Positions 56,734 through 64,000 of a stretch of 64,000 bases of DNA are shown in pieces. Source of the stretch: Candidatus Poribacteria bacterium (GTDB taxonomy: Bacteria > Poribacteria > WGA-4E > GCA-2687025); NCBI GenBank assembly GCA_963665845.2, contig OY762492.1:864001-928000 (forward strand). Direction: 5' to 3'. Every line of letters begins with the position of its first letter. Positions within the stretch are counted from its first letter, which is position 1. The notes beneath the pieces were generated by a model. It made no database searches, had not been told where the DNA came from, and was given only the letters and a program-made list of their open reading frames with translations. The translations under genes and the position numbers were made by a program.

Positions 56734-57216
56734 ATGAACCCCGCCCAGCTTCGACCGCGGTCCCAGGCGCGCTATTATGCGTTTGTCGCGCTTTATCAGT
56801 TTTCTGCCCTCCATGAAAAACCCGAAGCGCTGCTGAAGCGAATCTGGCGCACCGAGGACGGACAAACCGCCGTCGCGCATGTGCGGGAGTTTGCTGAAAA
56901 ACTGGCGGCGGTCGCGTCCATGCGCCTGCCGAACATCGATCGACTCTTAGAAAAAACCGCGCCCCAAAGAGAGCTCCACCGCATACCGCTGGTTGACCTG
57001 GCGCTGCTGCGGCTCGGAGCCGCGGAGCTTTTATACATCGCCGATGTGCCGGCGGCGGTCGCGATCAACGAGATGGTGGAACTGGCAAAGCGGTACAGCG
57101 GAGAAAAATCGAGCGCCTTTATCAACGCGGCGCTGCACAAAATGCAGTTTGAACGGGAAGCCATCCCGCCTTGCGAGCTGGTCGTAAGCGGATGGGATAT
57201 GTCCGCCTCAGAATAA
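56734..57216 (+). CDS. nusB: Transcription antitermination factor NusB
   Basis: R..AR..A..ALYQ, VDLALLRLG..EL, VAINEMVELAKRY and FINA motifs. Confidence 0.92.
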   Translation: MNPAQLRPRSQARYYAFVALYQFSALHEKPEALLKRIWRTEDGQTAVAHVREFAEKLAAVASMRLPNIDRLLEKTAPQRELHRIPLVDLALLRLGAAELLYIADVPAAVAINEMVELAKRYSGEKSSAFINAALHKMQFEREAIPPCELVVSGWDMSASE

Positions 57217-57287
57217 ACCACGCGCCTGTCCTTCGCCTAAAACGCCTACATTGCGTGAACGCCGCAAACAGCGGCGGAGTTTCATAT

Positions 57288-58085
57288 TTATGATCCATCG
57301 GCGCGAAGAAACTCGCCCGGGATGCGCGAGCCTTGATACCGCGCGTCCGCCGGACGCCCGGCGATCTCCTGCGGAATCGGACCTTCCCAGTGCGCAGGCG
57401 CCCCGAACGGACGGCTGTGCCACGCCAAAACAAGCGTGCGCCGAACATCGGTCTGGTTGCGGTAGGTTGAGTGAAGAAGCCGCGCGTCCGCAATCGTCAA
57501 CGACCCCGCTTTCACCGCCACATCCGCCTGATCAGGATGATCGGAGAACATGATCGGATGCGTCTCCTCCACAAAACGCGCCCCCTGCTCATGCGCAGGA
57601 ACCAGCTGGTCATGCAGATCGATGCGCCGCAGATGCGTCCCCGGTATCACCTTCAAACAGCCGTTCTCAATGGAGGTGTCCTGGAGATAATAGGAGAGAA
57701 ACACGATCTGCGGCCACGGCGAGAGCGAATACGGATCGTTCCACTGCATCCAGTCCTGATGCCAGTACAACGCCGGTTCATCGGGGTCTTTGGTGAGAAG
57801 AATCACGGAGCCGCTGCTTCTAAAATCGCCGTAGCCGATCTCATCCAGAGCCTGTCGGGAGGCGGGCCATTCCAGCAGGCGCTGAATGACCGCGTTGTTC
57901 TCCCCCCGTTCAACGACATGCTGCCCCTGGTACTTGAAGTCGATGGCGGGAACATGCCCGTCCATCATCCGCTCCGTTTCCTCCCGCATCTCCTCTAGAA
58001 ACTCGCCGCTCAAAATGTTGTCGATCACGCAGAATCCGTCCCGCTCCAGCTGCGCTCGTTTTTTCAACGCCTCTTCCTGTGTCAT
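57288..58085 (-). CDS. Phytanoyl-CoA dioxygenase (PhyH) family protein
   Basis: QLERDGF, WHQD, ENGCLKVIPGTH and RLLH...N...R motifs. Confidence 0.88.
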   Translation of the reverse strand: MTQEEALKKRAQLERDGFCVIDNILSGEFLEEMREETERMMDGHVPAIDFKYQGQHVVERGENNAVIQRLLEWPASRQALDEIGYGDFRSSGSVILLTKDPDEPALYWHQDWMQWNDPYSLSPWPQIVFLSYYLQDTSIENGCLKVIPGTHLRRIDLHDQLVPAHEQGARFVEETHPIMFSDHPDQADVAVKAGSLTIADARLLHSTYRNQTDVRRTLVLAWHSRPFGAPAHWEGPIPQEIAGRPADARYQGSRIPGEFLRADGS

Positions 58086-58161
58086 CGCCCTCTCCTTATT
58101 AAGTACTGCCGGTCTAGAAGTGTATGCGAATCGCCCGTTTTGAACAAGCGCCCGCCGGTCC

Positions 58162-58552
58162 GTCATTCCCGCGCAAGCGGAAATTCAGAGTCCAACCCGA
58201 AACCGTCCGCGCCGGCAATCGTCATTCCCGCGCAAGCGGGAATCTTAAGGCATCGCAGCCGCCGCGCGGCTAAAACCCCCCCAGCCCCCCTTTTCAAGGG
58301 GGGAGTCCAAAACCCCGCGCCCTACCCGCCGTCATTGGGCTACTCGTTCCCCGCTTCCGCGAGGACATGCATTCCCGCGTAAGCGGGAATCCAGAGGCCA
58401 GCCCGAAACCGTCCGCGCCGGCAATCGTCATTCCCGCGCAAGCGGGAATCTTAAGGCTTTGCGCCCGTCCTTTAAAACCCCCCTAGCCCCCCTTTTCAAG
58501 GGGGAATCGGACGCGGCGCCGCGAATATCCCTGTATGAGCATACTGCCGGTC
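58162..58552 (+). repeat. Large intergenic mosaic: four CGTC palindromes, two C-rich hairpins and GTATGAGCATAC module
   Basis: Palindromes at 58162, 58221, 58368 and 58427. Hairpins at about 58272-58308 and 58474-58508. Module at 58511-58552. Confidence 0.9.
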
Positions 58553-58563
58553 GCCCGTTCTCC

Positions 58564-58593
58564 TTGACGCTCCCGCTGACGGCGTTATATAAT
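58564..58593 (+). promoter_or_regulatory. Putative sigma-70 promoter
   Basis: TTGACG-18 nt-TATAAT. Confidence 0.6.
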
Positions 58594-58700
58594 GTATGCG
58601 GCGGCGTCAAACAACGGTCCGAACGCGATTCACCCAAACAAAACGCGGCAATGAAAGGAGATACGGCAACCATGCATCGACAACAGGGCGCGGAGACCCG

Positions 58701-59735
58701 ATGATCAATTCAGCCGCTCAAAAGGTTTTGTCCAAACTTGGCCGTATCAAAGAAAAGAACGGACTATTCAGATTCGAAAACCCGTATGAGATCGCGCTGC
58801 AGGCGCACCGCTTTCAATGGACGCTTCGCCTTGAAGGTTTAAGTCTGTCGCGGTACGCCTCCCGTCCAAAAATACATGGGCGAACGTTCATTACAGCGCT
58901 GGGGCCGGAGGGACGCGCTCAAAACACAGAGCGCCCGCCCCTCGGATCGGAACCTGCCGGGTGGGCGAAGAACGCCGTAAGCCTTGTTGAAGAGATGGGC
59001 GGACGCCAGCTTTTGGCGCCGTCGCTGTTCGCCGCCTCATTAAGAGAACTCGCGGCGCTGCCCGACTTTCTCGACAACCATGCCGCTCAACTGATAGAGG
59101 AGCCGTGGCGCTCCGATACGTTTGCCATCGGCGAAGACCACCCAGAATGTCTGGGCGTCCGTATTCAGACGTTCCATAGCTTAGGCGTTGTAACGGCGGA
59201 GGAGGGATGCTTTGAAATCGAGATCAAAACGGCTCTGTCGCCGGACGTTGATCCGCTTCAGGTCATCGTCGCCGGGCGCGTCAATATCAGCGAATGCGCC
59301 GCGTTCGGAAAGCAGTTGCGCATTTTTGTGAACGCATGCCGCCCCGTAGTCTTGGCGTGCCGCGTCGCCGAATTTAAACGGCTTTATCCAGGCAAGGTAC
59401 CGTCCGATCTGGACGGCGAGCAGCAAGAGCGCGTCAGGGAACACGTTCGATATATGATTCAGAAATACGGCGCGCTTCTGCGGGGCTGGAGCGGAAGAAT
59501 CTGCAGGAAATGGGAGGAGGCGCGTTTTGCAAGAGGCTCCGGGTTTTGTCATCAATGGAAAGAATCCATCGCCCGCTGCGAAATGGGCGAAGATGTTAAG
59601 ATCGTCTCTCCGCCCTCCTATCTTGACGACGCCGAATTTCTTGGCGGGGGCGTCTTGCCGCAGGTGGAATTTGAACCGCTCCCGCCCGAAGAAACGGATG
59701 AACATCAAGAGAAAGGCGGCCAGAATGGCGATTGA
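58701..59735 (+). CDS. Hypothetical protein
   Basis: Long ORF with GGAG RBS before ATG 58701. No firm motif. Confidence 0.55.
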   Translation: MINSAAQKVLSKLGRIKEKNGLFRFENPYEIALQAHRFQWTLRLEGLSLSRYASRPKIHGRTFITALGPEGRAQNTERPPLGSEPAGWAKNAVSLVEEMGGRQLLAPSLFAASLRELAALPDFLDNHAAQLIEEPWRSDTFAIGEDHPECLGVRIQTFHSLGVVTAEEGCFEIEIKTALSPDVDPLQVIVAGRVNISECAAFGKQLRIFVNACRPVVLACRVAEFKRLYPGKVPSDLDGEQQERVREHVRYMIQKYGALLRGWSGRICRKWEEARFARGSGFCHQWKESIARCEMGEDVKIVSPPSYLDDAEFLGGGVLPQVEFEPLPPEETDEHQEKGGQNGD

Positions 59736-60102
59736 ACAGCTGACGCATGACGAAAAGAAGATCGTGTTCGCCTGCATCTGCGCAGTCGCCAAAGGTCCCT
59801 TTTTTCCTCCTGGGGACTATAGCTCTCGATTAGGCATCGAGAGAGACGCGCTCTTCCAACTGATCGCTCACTTTTCAACGATCGACGACAATGACCCTGA
59901 TTCGCCCGCCGCGCGCGTCATCAACAACTCGATGAACGAGGTCTGCCATGGCGTCCGCATTTCGCCTGCCGATTGGCAAACATGGTTCGATGTCGATAAA
60001 GACGCCGTCCGGAAGTTGTTCAAGAAATGGCGTCAGCTGCAAGACTGGGATCCGAAGGGAGAGAACAGGACGTCCAGCCCCTACTTCAACCGCTTGCGCT
60101 GA
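59725..60102 (+). CDS. Small hypothetical protein (possible immunity-type)
   Basis: GAAAGG RBS and ATG 59725 overlapping the upstream ORF. 125 aa, MAIEQLTHDEKKIV...INNSMNEVCHG...W. Confidence 0.6.
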   Translation: MAIEQLTHDEKKIVFACICAVAKGPFFPPGDYSSRLGIERDALFQLIAHFSTIDDNDPDSPAARVINNSMNEVCHGVRISPADWQTWFDVDKDAVRKLFKKWRQLQDWDPKGENRTSSPYFNRLR

Positions 60103-60162
60103 ATCGGCGCCCTTGTGATACAATAGCAGGCGGCGCGGCGCACACTCAACAGGGAACAACGC

Positions 60163-62829
60163 ATGGCGCGTAAAAAGCGCATCACCATGATGGAGCAGTA
60201 CCGCCAGATACGGGCGGAAAATCCGGACGCCATTCTCTTTTTCAGAATGGGCGATTTTTATGAGACCTTCTATGAGGATGCGGCGGTCGTTTCCGAAGTA
60301 TTGGACATCGCTCTCACCGCGCGCGGCGAACGAGACGCGCACGGGAGAAAAATACCGCTCGCCGGCTTCCCGCACCACGCCCTGGACGACTGCCTCCATA
60401 AGATGATCAAGGCGGGGCATAAAGTCGCCGTCTGCGAACAGATCGAAGACCCGAAAAAAGCGAAAGGCATTGTGAAGCGCGCCGTTGTGCGCGTCGTCAC
60501 GCCCGGCACGGTGACCGACCCGCATTCCCTTCAGCAGAAAGCGAACAACTTCATCGCCTCGCTTTATCTTTATGAAAAGCAGTGGGGAGCCGCCGCCGCC
60601 GACCTGTCGACCGGCGAATTTTATGTACTAGAAACCGACTCTGACGAGACGATTGCGACGGAGCTGGCGCGCATCAGCCCCGCCGAGATGACGCTGCCTG
60701 AAAACTTTCAGCTGCCCAGAGCCTATCAAGACCTAGACCTGGACGCGCGCCCGGAAATGGAGGAGCGCCCTGCCTGGGAGTTCGACCCCGAAACGGCGCG
60801 GCATACGCTCATGCGCCATTTTCAGACGCGCTCGCTGGACGGGTTCGGATGCGCGCAGATGCCCGCCGCTGTCGGAGCCGCCGGCGCGCTCCTCTCCTAC
60901 CTGTCCGAAACGCAAAAGGAAAACATCAAGCATATCACAGGGCTGTATGTCCACTCGACCGACGCCTTCATGACGCTCGACAGCGCCACGATACGCAACC
61001 TAGAGCTGATACGCTCCATGCGGACAGGCGACATCCACGGAACGCTGCTGCATGTCCTGGACATGACCTTGACGCCGATGGGCGGGCGGAAATTGCGCCG
61101 CGCCGTTCTAGAGCCGCTGCTGAACATCGGCGAGATACAGGCGCGTCTGGACGCGGTCGCCGAGCTAAAAGAGAACCCGCTTGACCTGGACGATCTGCGA
61201 ACGGCGCTGAAGGGGGTTCATGACGTCGAACGGCTCATCGGGCGGGTCGGTTTGGGTTCCGCCAACGCGCGCGATCTGCGGGCGATGTCCGCGTCGCTCC
61301 GCGTCCTGCCGGACATCAAGGCAAACATCCTGGTCGAACGCGAGTCGAGCCTGCTCATCACGCTCCGCGACTCGACCGACGCATGCGAAGACATCGCGGA
61401 CCTGATCAACCGCGCGATACATGAATCGCCGCCCGCCGGGCTGCGCGACGGCGGCATCATCCGAGACGGCTACGACGAGGAGCTGGATGAGCTGCGAAAC
61501 ATCATGACGAACGCGAAGGACGCCATCGCCGAACTGCAAGAACGGGAACGGGAAGCGACCGGGATACAGTCGCTGAAGGTCGGCTTCAATCAGGTGTTCG
61601 GGTACTATATCGAGGTGACGAAGGCGAACTTGAGCAAGGTTCCCGATCATTATCTTCGCAAGCAGACGTTGGCGAACGCAGAGCGGTATCTCACCGAGGA
61701 GCTGAAGGCGTTTGAAGAGAAGGCGCTGAACGCCGAGGAGCGTTCGGTTGAGCTGGAGTATGATCTGTTTGTGGAGCTGCGGGAGAAGACGCGGCATGAA
61801 ACGGCGCGCATTCAGTCCGCCGCCGCCGCGCTGGGAAACCTGGATTTTTTGTCGACGCTCGCTTTTGCCGCCTCGCGGCACAATTACGCGAAGCCTGAAA
61901 TCCATGACGGCGCTGACATACGCATCCGCGACGGGCGCCATCCTGTCGTTGAACAGCTGGCGCTGGATGAAGGGTTTGTCCCAAACGACACCCTTTTAAA
62001 TTGCGAGGGGGATCAGTTTCATATCGTCACGGGACCGAACATGTCCGGCAAATCGACTTATCTGCGTCAGGTAGCTCTCATCGCGCTCATGGCGCAGATG
62101 GGCAGTTTTGTTCCGGCTTCGGAGGCGTCCATCGGCGTTCTGGATCGAGTTTTCACGCGGGTCGGCGCGTCCGACAATCTCGCCGGCGGGCAAAGCACCT
62201 TTTTAGTTGAGATGAACGAGACGGCGAACATTCTGCATAACGCCACCTCCAAAAGCCTGCTGATACTGGATGAGGTCGGGCGCGGCACCAGCACCTTTGA
62301 CGGGCTAAGCATCGCATGGGCGGTATCGGAGCATATCGTTCAGTCGATAGGGGCGAAGACGCTTTTTGCGACGCATTACCATGAACTGGTGGAGCTGGCG
62401 TCCCACAACCCTGGCGTGCGGAATTACAACGCGGCGGCGTCGGAGGATGGGGAAACAATCACCTTTTTAAGAAAGATCGCCGAGGGGGCGGCGGATGAAT
62501 CGTACGGGATACAGGTGGCGCGTCTTGCGGGGCTTCCGGGCGGGGTTGTGAGCCGCGCGATGGATATTTTAGAGATCCTGGAGCGGCAGGAGCTGTCGGT
62601 GGACGGGCGGCGGCGCCCGCGTCCCCGCCGAGCGCCGAAAAAGAAAAGCGGTCCGCCGGGCGGTCCGCTTCAGATGTCGCTGTTTGTGCCGCCGTCTTCG
62701 GGCGAGCCAGACCCCGCTTTGAAAGCGCTGCGGGAAGCGGTTTTGGCGCTGGAGGTGGACAAGATGACGCCGATAGAGGCGCTGAACGCGCTGCATCAGC
62801 TCCGCAAGCAAGCGGAACCTGACGAGTAA
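60163..62829 (+). CDS. mutS: DNA mismatch repair protein MutS
   Basis: FFRMGDFYE, GRHPVVE, TGPNMSGKST, DEVGRGTST and FATHYHEL motifs. Confidence 0.98.
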   Translation: MARKKRITMMEQYRQIRAENPDAILFFRMGDFYETFYEDAAVVSEVLDIALTARGERDAHGRKIPLAGFPHHALDDCLHKMIKAGHKVAVCEQIEDPKKAKGIVKRAVVRVVTPGTVTDPHSLQQKANNFIASLYLYEKQWGAAAADLSTGEFYVLETDSDETIATELARISPAEMTLPENFQLPRAYQDLDLDARPEMEERPAWEFDPETARHTLMRHFQTRSLDGFGCAQMPAAVGAAGALLSYLSETQKENIKHITGLYVHSTDAFMTLDSATIRNLELIRSMRTGDIHGTLLHVLDMTLTPMGGRKLRRAVLEPLLNIGEIQARLDAVAELKENPLDLDDLRTALKGVHDVERLIGRVGLGSANARDLRAMSASLRVLPDIKANILVERESSLLITLRDSTDACEDIADLINRAIHESPPAGLRDGGIIRDGYDEELDELRNIMTNAKDAIAELQEREREATGIQSLKVGFNQVFGYYIEVTKANLSKVPDHYLRKQTLANAERYLTEELKAFEEKALNAEERSVELEYDLFVELREKTRHETARIQSAAAALGNLDFLSTLAFAASRHNYAKPEIHDGADIRIRDGRHPVVEQLALDEGFVPNDTLLNCEGDQFHIVTGPNMSGKSTYLRQVALIALMAQMGSFVPASEASIGVLDRVFTRVGASDNLAGGQSTFLVEMNETANILHNATSKSLLILDEVGRGTSTFDGLSIAWAVSEHIVQSIGAKTLFATHYHELVELASHNPGVRNYNAAASEDGETITFLRKIAEGAADESYGIQVARLAGLPGGVVSRAMDILEILERQELSVDGRRRPRPRRAPKKKSGPPGGPLQMSLFVPPSSGEPDPALKALREAVLALEVDKMTPIEALNALHQLRKQAEPDE

Positions 62830-62856
62830 AACAGGCGCGCCGCCGCGCTGCCGGCT

Positions 62857-62925
62857 GTCATTCCCGCGCGCCCTTTCCGTCCCGCGAAAACCCCCCCTGC
62901 CCCCTTTTCAAGGGGGATTCCAGAA
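62857..62925 (+). repeat. Partial palindrome and C-rich hairpin
   Basis: GTCATTCCCGCG...AAAACCCCCCCTGCCCCCTTTTCAAGGGGGATTCCAG. Confidence 0.7.
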
Positions 62926-62980
62926 AATTCGCGCCCCAATAGCGCGCCCCCGTGAAAACGGGGATCCTTGCAGCGCAGGT

Positions 62981-64000
62981 CTAACGTATCTTCAGCGAAC
63001 TGACCGCAATCAGCGCTAGAATGATCCCGACGATCCAGAACTGAACCGTTACCTTCGGCTCCGGCGCTCCGCCCTTTTCAAAATGGTGATGCAGCGGCGC
63101 CATGCGGAAAAGCCGTTTGCCGCCGGTCCGCTTGAAATGCCACACCTGCAGGATGACCGACAGCGCGTTCGCCACAAAGATGCCGCCCAGTATCGGCAGC
63201 AGCAGCTCCTGCTTGATACAGAGCGCGACCGCGCCGACCGCCCCGCCGAGCGCCATGGAGCCTGTGTCGCCCATGAACACCTTTGCGGGGTAGGCGTTCC
63301 ACCAGAGAAAGCCGAGGCATGCCCCCGTCAGCGCCATCGCATAGACGACCAGCTCGCCCGCCTGCTCAATGTGGGCGATGTCCAGATACTGCGCCGCGAC
63401 CGCATGCCCCGCCACATAGGAGAGCGCCGCAAACACCGCCGTCACCGGAAGGACGCATCCGATCGCCAGCCCGTCCTGTCCGTCGGTCAAGTTGACCGAG
63501 TTTGCGGACGCGGTCATCACAAACGCGGCGAAGACGGCGTACAGCCAGACCGGCAGCTCCGGCTGAAACTGCTTGAAAAACGGCGGAGCCAGAGCCGTTC
63601 CAGGTCCGTTGTAGGCGAGATAAAGCCCGATCGCCAGCCCGCCGACCGCCTGCAGAGCGATCTTCTGCTTGCCTCTCAAGCCGAGGGACTGGTTCTTGCG
63701 TATCTTCGACATGTCGTCCAGAAGTCCGATGCCCCCGAACCAGAGCGCCGACAGCAGACAAACCCAGACCAGCGGATTCGTCAGCTGCGCGAACAGAAGC
63801 GTCGCCGTAAGCCATGAGATCAAGATCAGCAGCCCACCCATCGTCGGCGTGCCTTCTTTGGAGAGATGCTCCTGCAGCCCCTCCTCGCGCACTTTTTGCC
63901 CGATATTCATCTGGCGCAGCTTGCGGATCATCCATGGCCCCGCCGCGACGCACACGATGAACGCGGCGGCGGCGGCGTAAATCGACCGAAAGGTGATGTA
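62981..64000 (-). CDS. mraY: Phospho-N-acetylmuramoyl-pentapeptide transferase, 5' partial
   Basis: KEGTPTMGG, GLLDD, NLTDGQDGL, FMGDTGS and MAPLHHHFE motifs. The frame is open to the window edge. Confidence 0.96.
   Translation of the reverse strand, partial: YITFRSIYAAAAAFIVCVAAGPWMIRKLRQMNIGQKVREEGLQEHLSKEGTPTMGGLLILISWLTATLLFAQLTNPLVWVCLLSALWFGGIGLLDDMSKIRKNQSLGLRGKQKIALQAVGGLAIGLYLAYNGPGTALAPPFFKQFQPELPVWLYAVFAAFVMTASANSVNLTDGQDGLAIGCVLPVTAVFAALSYVAGHAVAAQYLDIAHIEQAGELVVYAMALTGACLGFLWWNAYPAKVFMGDTGSMALGGAVGAVALCIKQELLLPILGGIFVANALSVILQVWHFKRTGGKRLFRMAPLHHHFEKGGAPEPKVTVQFWIVGIILALIAVSSLKIR

Noticed and set aside
58162-58450. CRISPR-like geometry (24-bp palindromic repeat with 35-bp spacing)
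   Set aside because: The two 35-bp spacers are near-identical, spacing is irregular, the repeat is dispersed across the window in both orientations, and no cas genes are present.

Overview
GC-rich, densely coding bacterial chromosomal segment. The gene content (sulfatases, PhyH dioxygenases, DUF1501/planctomycete-type cytochrome c pair, FG-GAP/ASPIC protein, giant TPR protein) is reminiscent of Candidatus Poribacteria or PVC-like lineages; this is inference only. Housekeeping blocks: hom-thrC-apgM-pdxS-pdxT-lysC, recA, tRNA-Gly/Cys/Val-thrS-infC, nusB, mutS and a partial mraY. Accessory content: an ECF sigma/anti-sigma pair, five tandem LivJ/K-like binding lipoproteins with no permease, dsbD with two N-terminal domains, an orphan methyltransferase-Mrr fusion, a coiled-coil/nuclease-like protein and two immunity-like ORFs. 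The most striking signal is non-coding. Many intergenic spaces hold a mosaic of shared modules: a 24-bp palindrome GTCATTCCCGCG(C/T)AAGCGGGAATC (14 full copies), a C-rich CCCCTTTTCAAGGGGG hairpin, and a 165-190 bp TIR-bounded MITE (CTGACC...GGTCAG) that carries these hairpins. At two convergent gene ends (dsbD, infC) these modules sit between duplicated copies of the gene's own 3' coding tail. No transposase, integrase, cas gene or CRISPR array was seen.
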